A stretch of 62,550 nucleotides of DNA from positions 1-62,550 of the IMG/VR virus record IMGVR_UViG_3300049793_000080; one strand, 5' to 3'. This DNA comes from a virus (taxonomy: Duplodnaviria > Caudoviricetes). Of the stretch, positions 35,976-47,900 are shown in pieces (the first letter of the stretch is position 1; every line of letters begins with the position of its first letter). The notes beneath the pieces were generated by a model. That model searched no databases. It was given only the letters and a program-made list of their open reading frames with translations, and had not been told where the DNA came from. A program made the translations under genes and the position numbers.

Positions 35976-38900
35976 ATGGACATCACCGCGGCACGCAGCT
36001 TGCCCGAACTCGCCGGCCTGGACGACGATCAGATCGTTGACGCACTCCATCAGGCCTATTACCCCGACCTCCCCCGAGATGAAGTAGCCAAGTCGCTTGG
36101 CATCAAGCCCACGGCCGCGCCGCGCCCGGAGACGACCTGGGGCGACCGTGCGAAGGACACCGGCATCAGCTTGCTGCAAGGCGCCGTGGCGGTGCCCCAG
36201 GCGGCGGTGGGCGTTGCGGATCTGGTGACCGGCGGCGCGGCGGGCAAGCTGGCCGAGGATGTCGGGTTCCGACCGAAAGAGGCGACCGACTTCCTGGGCG
36301 AGCGCTTGAGCGACGCGCAGAAGGGCGCGAACAAGGAAGTGCAGGACGCCGAGGGCTTTTGGGGCACCTTCAAGGCCGCCGTCTCCAATCCTTCGGTGGT
36401 GTTCCAGTCGGTGGTGCAGTCGCTGCCTTCCATGGGCGCGGGCGGCGTGGTGGCGCGCGGCGTGCTGGGCGCGAGCATGACGCCGCGCCTGCTGGCCAAG
36501 CTGTCGGCCATGGCCCCCGAGGCGCGCGAAGCCGCCATCCTGGGCATGCAGACCACCGCCGGCGCCGTGGGCGAGGGCGCCGTGCAGGCCGGCAGCGCCG
36601 CCGAACAGGCGCGCACCGACAACCCGCTGGGCACGCTGGACGGCAAGGGCGCGCTGTCGGCCGTGGCCAGCGGTGTGGGCGACACCATCATCGCCCGGTT
36701 CAGCGGGCGCCTCGCCAACAAGCTGGGCATCGCGGACGCGGACACCATGCTCGCTGGCGCCGCGGTGAACCCGCGCGCGGCCAAGAGCGTGGTGAAGGCC
36801 GCGCTCGGCGGCATGGTGACCGAGGGCTTGCTCGAGGAACTGCCGCAGTCGGTGCAGGAGCAGGTGTGGCAGAACCACGCAGCCGGCCGCCCGCTCGATG
36901 AGGGCGTGAATCAAGCCGCCGTGCTGGGCATGCTGTCCGGCGCGGCGATGGGCGGCGGTGCCAACCTTCTGAACGCGGCTCGAAAGCCGAAGCCCGACGA
37001 CATCCTGAACGCGCCGGACGTCGACGCCGCGCTGCAGACCGCGCAGGACGCGCTCCTGTTGCCCCCGCCGACGATCAGCGTCACGCTGGGCGGTACCGCC
37101 GTCACGCCGGAGCAGCGCGCGGATCTGGTGCAGCAGGAAATCACGCGCCGCGCCGCCGGCATGATGGGCGGCGAGGACGTCACCGATGTGCAGGCCAAGG
37201 GCACGCCGCCGGTGGAAGTGCCTCCGACGACGCCACCCTCGACCCCCCCAGCCTTCCCGGACCCGTTCAGCGCCGCCAAGCCGGTGGACCTGGACGCGAA
37301 CGAAGCGCGCATGCACCGCGACGCCGACCGCGACGCCCAGGCGCTCAAGGAGCACGACCCGCTGACCCTGCCGCGCAAGGGTCTGCCGGAGCTGGACGCC
37401 GAGTACGGCAAGGGCGAGGGCGACACGATCCAGAAGAACGGCGCGCCGTGGCCCAGCGAAGCGGCGGCGATGCTGTCGCTCAAGATGGCCAAGAAGAAGG
37501 GCCGCGCCGTGCCGGTGGCCGGCGGCTTCATCGCGCGACCGAACAAGGAGACACCCAATGCAGCGCCCACCCCTGAAAACAAGCCTGACGGCGCTCGCGG
37601 CGCACAGCCTGCTGCAGCAGCACCGGCCACCGACGCCGCCACTGCCCAGCGACCCGACGATCAGCATGGAGGACTTCCTGCGCCCGACACGGGAATTGCA
37701 GGCGGCAGTGCGGCGGCTGTCGCGACCCAGCCCGCGCCCGGCGGGCAAGTCGTGGGCGCAGGCGACGCTGCGCGCACACCTGGAGACGGTGTACTACGGC
37801 CAGTCAATGACGCGGCTGTGGATGGAAGAGATGAACGGCCAGCCGATGGCCGAGCGAGTGGACCCGTATCCGCACCCGTGGCAGCGGGAGCAAATGACGC
37901 GGGAACAACTACTGGCGCTGCAAAAACCGGAAGTGAGCAATCACTAACCGAAGCTGGCGCGCAATGGACCCGCATGACGGAAATCGAGCGCCGCGCCGTT
38001 GCGGGCCGCACGGCAGGTAAGGCGAAGGCGCTAGATCGCATCGTCTCGCAGAAGTGGGAAGACCTACATTCCGGCTGGCAGAAATCCCTCGCGCGGGTGA
38101 TGAACACGCCCGGCGCGCCGATTGCTCCACGTGAAACGTCAGCGCCCACTTCGCACCCAACCGCCAGCGCAGGTCCGCGCGTCATCATCAATCGGCTCGG
38201 CCCTGATGGTCTAACCGACGCCGAGCGCGCGGCTGGCAAGCCGTCCTATGCCGACAAGCCCGCCGAGGTGACGAGCGAGACGGCGCGACGCGGCGATTTC
38301 AACGTCAAGAACCACCTGGGCAAGATGGAGCGCGCGACCGTGACCGAGGGCGGCACACGCGGCCGGTTCGCCGTCAAGATCGGCGGCGAGTCCATGGGCC
38401 AGTTCCAGATGGACGACCAGGGCGCGGTGAGCCGCATCGAGGCGCGCGCCAACTGGGCCGAGGATTCCGTGCGTGACGCGGCGATGCAGTTCGTCGCGCA
38501 GGAGCGCGCCAAGACGGCACCGGCCGCCGCCGAGCAGCCGCGCGACCAGGACACCGGGCAGTTCGCGGAAGCCCCGGCCGACACGCTCCCCGCTGGCGTG
38601 CGTCGCCGCGAGAAGGGTGTGGCAAACACCAAGGCGCGCATCGCAGCCGAGGCGGCCCGCGCGGCGTACTTCACGCCCGGCAACGTGGTGCGCGGCTATG
38701 GCGGCTTCGATGAGGTGCTTGCGTACAACCCGCCCACCGAGCCCGGAGGCGCATGGAGCGTGCGCGTGCACGAAGTCAAGGAAGCCACGCCCAACAACTG
38801 GGTGCGCGTGGGCCGCCCCCAGGACGCGCGACAGCACAGCACCGAGCCGGAGGAGCGCGAGCTGCGCAACGGGCCGCGCGCCCAGTTGTCGGCCCTGCCC

Positions 38901-41900
38901 GCCAGCGAAGTGCCGTACACCGTGCCGCGTGCCGATGGCAAGGTGCACCCGGATGCCGAGCCGCGCAGCAACCCGCGCGCCGCAGCCGAGCCCGCCAAGA
39001 TCGTGACCGACAAGGCCGAGATTCGCCCATACCGCCGCTCGGACGGCAGCGTGGGCTACGAGGCCGTGCCGATCCAGCCGCCGGCCGCGCCGAATGACGA
39101 ATTGATCGTTCAATCCATTCGACCCGGCTCCAAGCCGCACGTTGTCAAGGTGGAGCCTGCGCCCGCCGCTAGCACAAACAAGGTGTTCACCGACGAGATG
39201 GCCGCCGCAGCGCGCGCCCGCCTCAAGGCCAAGCTGGGCCGGCTGAATTCGCTGCTGGACCCGCAGGACATGCTCGACGGCATCACGCTGGCCGGCTACC
39301 ACGTCGAGAAGGGCGCGCGCAGCTTCGCCGCCTTCGCGCAGGCCATGCTCGCGGATCTTGGCGAGGGTGTGCGCGCCCACCTCAAGAGTTTTTACATGGG
39401 CGTGAAGTATTCGCCCGCCGCGGCCGAGTTCTCCAAGGACATGAGCAGCGCCGCGTTCGTGGAGGAGTTCGACCTGTCGCATATCGCGGCGCCGTCCGAC
39501 ACGGACACCCTTGAAACTCAGCCGCCCGCGGCAGATACTGGAGCCAATGATGGAAGCAGCAGCCCAACACTCGACGTGGATCGCGCAGGCCCGGGGCCAC
39601 TGGAAGGAGCACCTTCCGGGGATGTACGCGCGCCTGCAGGAGAGCGGAAAACTGGAGACGGCACTGGCCGAAGCAGCGACGGCGACCAGCGAGGGGATGC
39701 ACGCCCTGATGCAGCAGGGGGCAACGTGGCAGGAGGCGTGGGAGCAGGTGCGGGAACAGTACCTGTTTCCACCGGAGGAGCCGAGCAAGGAAAAGGCCCC
39801 GCCAAGCCAAGGGTACCGCGTACACCGCGAGCTGATGGCGGGCCTGGGCTCTTTGACGATGCCGGGGGAACGGGAGGAGTAAACCCGGCCCCGAACGCCG
39901 CGCCCACGCCGGCGCCGCAGTTCAAGCCGTCCGAGGACTTCACCATCGAGGATGACCTCGCGCTGGGTGACGGCGGCGAGAAAACCAAGTTCAAAAACAA
40001 CGTGGCGGCGATTCGCCTGTTGCGCGAGCTCGAAGCGGCCGACCGCATGGCGACACCCGACGAGCAGCGCACGCTCGCCCAATACGTGGGCTGGGGCGCC
40101 TTGTCCAAGGCATTCGACGCTGACCGCGCGGAATGGGCCAAGGAGCACGCCGAGCTCAAGGATCTGCTGTCGCCCGAGGAGTTCGCCGCAGCGCGGCAAT
40201 CCACCCGCTACGCGCACTACACCAGCCGCCAGATCATCCAGGACGGCGTTTATGCCGCGCTGCATCACTTCGGCTTCACCGGCGGGCGCGTGCTCGAGCC
40301 GGGCGCCGGCGTGGGCAACTTCATCGGCATGATGCCCGCCGACATGCGCAGCGCGGGCCGCATCACGGCCATCGAGCGCGAGCCCATCGCCGCCGGCATC
40401 GCCAAGAACCTGTACCCGCTGCAAAACGTGCAGCAGGCCGACTTCACCGCGTTCAAGGGCACCGATGGCTATTTCGACGCGGTGGTGGGCAACCCGCCGT
40501 TCGCCTCCGACCCGCAGACCGACACCAGCGGGCGCAAGCACCTGGGCGGCCTGACCCTGCACAACTACTTCTTCGCCAAGAGCGTGGACCTGATGCGCGA
40601 GGGCGGGATCTTGGCGCAGGTGGTGACCAACTCGTTCATGGACGCGGCCGGCGACCGGGCCCGCAAGTACATCAGCGACCGCACCAAGCTGATGGGAGCC
40701 ATCCGCCTGCCGAACAACGCATTCAGCAAGAACGCGGGCACCGAGGTGACGACCGACATCATCTTTCTGCAAAAGCGCCCGGAGGCCGAGTGGGGCAACA
40801 AGGCGACGCGCCAGGAAGCCAAGGCGTGGCTGGACGTGGTGAAGCAGACCGACCGGCGCAACGGCGGGCAGTACAACCTCAACCAGTATTTCATCGACCA
40901 CCCGGAGATGATGCTCGGCGACTTCGGCGCGCACGGCACGATGTACGGGCCCAACCAGCCGGCGCTCATCGCCCGGCCGGGGCAGGACACGCTCGCACTG
41001 CTCCGCGAGGCGGTGCAGCGCCTGCCGGGCAATGTGTTCGTGGACCGTGCGGTGCTCGGCACCGACGCGGCCATCGAGAACGCCACCAAGGCCCTGACGA
41101 ACCCGCCGGTGCAAGAGGGCGGCTTCTATGTCGAGGGCGACAAGCTGATCCAGCGCGTACCCGACATTGCCGGCGAGCCGCGCGGCCGGGAAATCAACGC
41201 CGCAACGCAGTGGACTGCCAAGACGCCGCTGGGGGAGGCGGGCTACCAGAAGATCCGCGCGCTCACGCAGATGCGCACCACGCTGCGCGGACTGCTGGCG
41301 GCCGAATTGTCCGGCGACAAGGACATGGACGCCCTGCGCACGACGCTGGGCAAGCAGTACGACGACTACACCAAGGCGCACGGCCTGCTGGGCGACCCGG
41401 GCACCGCGCGCGTCTTCGATGACGACCCGGATTTCCCGCTGCTGCTGTCCCTGGAGCACGAGTACCGGCCCGGCATCGGCATGGCCGCGGCCAAGCGCCA
41501 GGGCATCAAGCCGACCAAGAGCGCGGCGAAAAAGGCGCCGATCTTCATGCGCCGCGTGGTCGACGCGCGCAAGCCGGTGCAGAAGGTGGAGACGCCCGCC
41601 GACGCGCTGGCCGTCTCGATGGCCGAGCGCGGCAAGCTCGATACCGTCTACATCGGCCAACTGCTCGGCAAAGACCCGCAGGAGGTGTTGAAGGAGCTGA
41701 GCACCGGCGACAAGCCGCAGCTGTTCCTGGACCCGGCGACCGACGAATACGCGCTGCGCGACGCCTACCTGTCGGGCAACGTGCGCGCGAAGCTGGAGCA
41801 GGCCAAGCAGTCCGGGCTGAGCATGAACGTGCGCGAGCTGGAGAAGGTGCAGCCCGAGGACGTGGGCGCGCATGAAATCTCGGCGCGCATCGGCTCGCCG

Positions 41901-44900
41901 TGGGTGCCCACCAGCGTCTACGAGGACTTCGCCAAGGAATTGTTCGGCGAAGGCTCGACGGCCCGCGTGCACTACATGGCGCTCAATAGCTCGTACACGA
42001 TCAGCACGTCCGGCACCAACGAGGTGAACACCACCAACAAGTGGGGCACGCCGCAGTACTCCGGCCCGGAGCTGATGTCCGCGCTGCTGAACAACCGCAC
42101 CATCCGCGTGATGCACCCGAAGGTGGGCGACACGCCGGCGTCGCTGAACGTGGAGGCCACCGATATGGCCAACACGAAGGCGCAGGAAATCCGCGACCGC
42201 TTCCAGGATTGGCTCTTTGCCGAGCCGGAGCGTTCCGAGCTGCTCGTGCGCACGTACAACGACACGAACAACAACTACGTGACGCGCAACTATGACGGCT
42301 CGTGGATGACGTTTCCGGGCAAGGTGCCCAATTCCGTGTTGCCGGGCGACGGCGGCATTTCGTTTCGCCGCCACCAGCGCAACGCCATCGCGCGTATCGT
42401 GCAGGACCGCACCGCGCTGCTCGACCACGTAGTCGGCGCTGGCAAAACCTTCACCATCGTCGCCGCGGCAATGGAGCTGCGCCGCACCGGGCTGGCCAAG
42501 AAGCCGCTCGTGGCCGTGCCGAACCACCTTGTGAAGCAGTGGGCCGCCGACTTCTACCGGCTGTACCCGGGCGCCAACATCCTCACGGCCACGAAGAAGG
42601 ACTTCGAGAAGGTCAACCGCCGCCGCTTCCTTGCCAAGATCGCAACGGGCGACTGGGACGCCGTGGTGATCGCGCACAGCTCCTTCGGCTTCATCAAGCC
42701 GGGCGCGGAATTCGAGGCCGAGTTCAACGAGCGGCAGGTGAAGATGATCATGGACACCATCGCCGCGGTGCAGGACGGCGATGGTGAGAAGGCGCAAAAG
42801 AAACGCACCGTCAAGCAACTCGAGGGCATGAAGGAGCGGCTGCAAAACCGCATCAAGAGCCTGCGCGACAAGGCGATGGACGACCTGCTGGACTTCGAGC
42901 AGCTCGGCGTCGATCAACTGTTCGTTGACGAAGCCCACATGTTCAAGAACCTGATGTTCACCACGAAGATGCAGGGCGTCTCAGGGCTGGGCGATGGGTC
43001 GGGCTCGCAGCGCGCCTACGACATGTACGTGAAAAGCCAGGAGGTGCTGGAGAAGAACGGGCGCGGCCAGGGGCTGGTGTTCGCGACCGGCACGCCAGTG
43101 TCCAACTCGCTGGGCGAGAAGTACCACATGATGCGGTACCTCATGCCCCGGCAGATGGAAGAACTGGGCTTCCAGTCGTTCGACGCCTGGGCCAACACCT
43201 TCGCCGCCGTGCAGCAGGTGTGGATGCAGAAATTCAGCGGCGACGGCTACAAGCCGCAAAACCGCATGAGCGATTTCGTGAACGTGCACGAGCTGCTGAA
43301 AATGTTCGATCAGGTGGCCGACACGGTGACGCTGGACGACATCAAGAAGGCGTACAAGGAGGAGAACAACGGCGAGGAGTTCCCGATCCCGCGCGTGAAG
43401 ACCGGGCGGCGCCAGCCGGTCAGCCTGGAGAAGTCGGCCGCGCAGATCGCCTACATGGAGCACATTGCCGCGCGCGCCAAGATCCTCGAAGCGCGCAGGG
43501 GCCCGCCGCGCAAGGGTGATGACAACGCGCTGGTGATCATGGGCGACGCACGCAAGGCGGCGATGGACATTCGCCTGATCAGCCCGGCCAAGCTGCGCAA
43601 GGCCATCGGCTATGACGTGGACGGCCGCGACCCGGGCGGGCGCATCGACCGCAGCGCGCAGGAAATCCACCAGCGCTATCAGCAGTGGAACCACGTGAAG
43701 GGCACGCAGCTGGTGTTCGCGGACCTGGGCACGCCCGTCGAGCACGCGGCCACCGAGTTGAAGGAGTACGAGGCGCTGATGGAGCGCATCAACGCCGCGA
43801 CCGATGATGTTCGCCTGCGGGCCGAGCTTGGGGCGGAAGACGCACTGGTGATCGTGAATGATGCCGAGGACGCGCAAGCCGACATCGACGTGAAGGGCCA
43901 GGACTGGCTCGACGGCATCGAGGCGGCGCAACGCGGGTTCAGCATCTACGACGACTTGAAGGCGGCGCTGATCGAGCGCGGCATGCCCGAGGACCACATC
44001 GCGTTCATCCACGACTACGGCAACGATGAACGCAAGGCGACGCTGTTTCGCAAGGTGAACGCGGGCGACATCCGCGTGCTGATCGGCTCCACCGCGAAGA
44101 TGGGCGCTGGCACCAACGTGCAGGAGCGCATCGTGGCCGAGCACCACCTGGACGTGCCGTGGCGCCCGAGCGACGTGGAGCAGCGCGAGGGCCGCATCGA
44201 GCGCCAGGGCAATAGCCTGCTGTGGACGCCGCAGAACCCGAACGGCATCAAGGACTTCGAGGTGGAAATCTTGGCCTACGTGACCAAGGACACCCTGGAC
44301 ATGCGCATGTGGCAGATCCAGGAGGTGAAGCTCAAGATGATTCACCAGCTGCGCACGCGGCAGATTTCGCGCGACATCGACAACGCTTTCGAGGACATGG
44401 AAATGTCGGCCGGCGAGATGCAGGCCGCGGCGACCGGCAACATGGACCTGTTGCGCGAGATTCAGGCGCGCAGCGATATCAAGAAGCTGGAGCAGAAAAA
44501 GCGCAGCTTCGACGCCCAGCGCTCGGACCTCATCAACCGCAAGAAGCGCGCCGCCGAAAAGCTCGCGCAGCTGCCCGCGCAAATCAAGGGAGCCGAGGTG
44601 TTGGCCGAGGGCTCGCGGGAGTACCGCAAGGCACTGGAGGACAACGCCGAGAGCTTCAAGGTCACCATCGACGGCAAGGACTTCACCGACCGCCATCTGG
44701 CCAGCGCCTACCTGCTGGACAAGATCGACGGCAAGATTTACGTGCGCACGGTGGAAAAGGACGGCAAGAAGCTGCGCGAGGAAATCAGCGCCGAGCAGTG
44801 GGCCGCGCTGCCCACCGGCGACGAGCGTGCGTTCTATGACCCGAAGGCCGCGCCGCTGGACCTGACCATGAACGGCGATCTGTTCACCGCCCGCGCAAAG

Positions 44901-47900
44901 CTGCAGGAGGCGTGGAGCAACGTCGCGGGCGACCGCGAGCCCATCGTGTGGGAGTACCAGGGCAAGACATTCAACCGGCGCACCGCGCTGGCCGTGGCGC
45001 AGCGCCAAGCCGTGGCCGACGCCGTGGCAGACGAGAAGGAAGTGGACCTGGGAAAAGTCGGCCCGTTCGCGGTGACGGCCGAAGGGCAGACCGGCAAGTG
45101 GGGCAAGTTCCTGGACGTGGTGATGACGTACAAGGGCCGCAAGATCGAGGGCGACATCGGCGTGCCCGAGGGCGACGTCTCCACGCAACTGGCCGAGCGG
45201 ATGGCGTCTTGGGCCAGCCGCAAAGCCGAGCACGCGGCCGATGACCTGCAATACCTGAAAGGCGACCTCGAGCGCGCGCAAAAGCAGAAGGCCGAGCTCG
45301 ACGCGGCCGACGATGTGGGCGACGTGTGGCCCGAGCAGAGCAAGCTGGAGGAAGCGCGAAACCGCCACAAGGCCATCCTCGCGCGTCTGGGCGGCCAGAA
45401 GGACGCGCCGCCAGCCACCGGCGACGAGCCGGCGTTCGGGCAGGGCGCAGCCACCGGCGGCATGAGCCCCGCGCTCGCGCAGCACGCGGCCGACACGGTG
45501 GCATCCGTGTGGGACAACGCGCCGCAGATCGTGGCGCTGCCCTCCATCGCGCGCGCACCGCAGAAGGTGCAGGACGACGCACGCCGGCGCATGGAGCGCG
45601 GCGGCGGCAAGCCCAAGGCCGTCTTCTATGACGGCACGGTGTACCTGTTCGCTGACGCGCTGGCCAGCCCGGCCGAGGCGGTGGAGTACACCTATCACGA
45701 AGTCCTGGGTCACTTCGGCATGCACGGGCACCTTGGCCCCGAGTTGGACAAGGAATTGAAGGCCGTCGCCACGCTGCGCAAGGAAGACATCAGCGCGATG
45801 TACGAGCGCACCGGCAAGGAGCGCAGCGCCGCGATGGATCTGCGCATGGCCGAGGAGGTGGTGGCCTACATGGCGCAGACCAAGCCCGAGCTGTCGCTGG
45901 TGCGCCGCGTCATCGCTGCCATCAAGAACTTCCTGCGCGACCACGTGCCGGGCTTCGGCTCGCTGAACATGAGCGACGCGGACATCATCCAGAAATTCGT
46001 ATTACCTGCTCGCCAGTTCGTGGAGGGCGCCCCAACGGACCCGAATGGCGGCGGCGAGTTCGATCCTGCGTTCGGTCAAGCGCGAGGCTTGAATTCACGA
46101 GAAATCCAGGTCAATGGAAAGTGGAGGCCCATCGAGACGGCCGGCGGCGAACTGATCGCGCCCACGTTCCATGGGCAAAGCGAATTTTGGAAAAAGCACG
46201 CCGACGCCTTCGCGCTGGATGACAAGGGCCGGCCGAAAGCAACGCCGGCAGAAATCAAGGCGCTGATGGGCGACAACCCTGACGATGCGATGTTCGCCCA
46301 GGGTGCGCCGCTGAACGATCCGCGCGCCTTGTGGGGACGCGCCAAGCAAAGCCTTGCGGACATGAGCAGCGCGCCGGGCACGATGCACTGGTGGAATAAA
46401 AGCATTGGCACGGAATATCACCTTGCGCAGAAGTACCCGGCGTTCAAGGCCGTGTTCGACCGCGTGCAGGACTTCATCAACGACTCCAGCCTGTACGCCA
46501 ACGAGGCGGCCGATCTAGCCCGCACCATCCTGCCGAAACTAGAGGGCTGGCGCGATGTGGTCCCGAAGCTGCTGGGCGGGAGCGGCAAGTCGCCTATTTC
46601 TGCCGCGTTCAATCGGCAGATCCAGGCGCCCATCAACGAGGGGACGCTGATCTGGACGCGCGGGGAGGACGGCAAGCCCGTGCGAGTAGATGAGTTGGAG
46701 AAGGCTGCCGACAAGATGAGCGCCGACCAGAAGGCGCAGGCCATGTTGCGCGCGGGCAAGCTGCCTGAGAGCGTGTTGAAAATGTGGCGCGGCCTTCCGC
46801 TGGATCAGTACCAGCAGGCCGTCTCCACTGCCTACAAGAACCGGATGTTGACCCCGGGCATCGTGTGGACGGACGCGGAGTTGCGCGAGAAATTCGGACT
46901 CGGCGCCGCACAGATCGCCCTGTACCGCGAGTTCCGCGCCGCGGTGGACCGCAGCATCACGCAGCTCGCCGTGAGCGACTTGGTGCGCTTTGTCGGGCAG
47001 GATGGCGACTTCATCCGCGATCAGGTGCTGGCTGCGCCGGATGTGATGACGGCCGCCAAGATGCTCGTGCAGCAGATCGACCAGCTTATCGTGGACAACC
47101 CCGAGCGGCAGGACGTTCTCAACGACACGGCCGCCAAGGTCAAGTTGAAGGCCGACAAGGCGCATGAACTGATCCAGCGCGGGTATGCCCCGCTGTCTCG
47201 CTTCGGGCACTACACGATCACCGTTCGGGCAAAGAGCGATGACGGCGAGCCCGGCGAGGTGCTGTACTTTGGCATGTACGAGAGCCGCCCGGAAGCCGCG
47301 AAGGCTGCGCGGCAGCTCGCCGCGGAAGAAGACTTCCAAGGCGCAACGCTGGTGCGCGGCACGATCAGCCACGAGCAATACAAACTGTTCGCCGGCGTGA
47401 ACCCCGACACCATTGAGCTGTTCGGAGAAATGCTCGGCCTGGAGGGCGCGGGCAATGCAGCATCCGATCAGGCGTTCCAGCAGTTCTTGAAGTCGGCGCG
47501 CAGCAACCGCAGCACGATGAAGCGGATGATTCATCGCAAGGGCACGGCGGGATTCTCCGAGGACGTTCCGCGCGTGCTGGCGTCCTTCCTTTACAGCAAC
47601 GCACGCCAAGCCAGCCGGAACCTGCACTCTCTGGAAATCGACCGCATGGGCAACGAGATTGCGCAGGCAGAGGGCGAGTTGAAGGATCATGCCGTCAAGC
47701 TGATCGACTACGTGAAGAACCCCGTGCAGGAGGCGCATCAGTTGCGTGGACTGCTATTCGCGCAGTTTCTTGGCGGGAGCATCGCATCCGCCATGGTCAA
47801 CATGAGCCAGCCCTTCATGATGACGCTGCCCTACCTGTCGCAGTTCGGTGCACGCGAGGCCGTCTCGAATTTCAAGTGGGCGTTGCTTCACGGATGGAAG

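Noticed and set aside
38211-45944. Very long minus-strand ORFs (38211..42938, 42981..45944; similarly 17474..19216, 19600..21717, 26672..28933)
   Set aside because: Antisense shadows of GC3-rich genes, with no motifs or RBS
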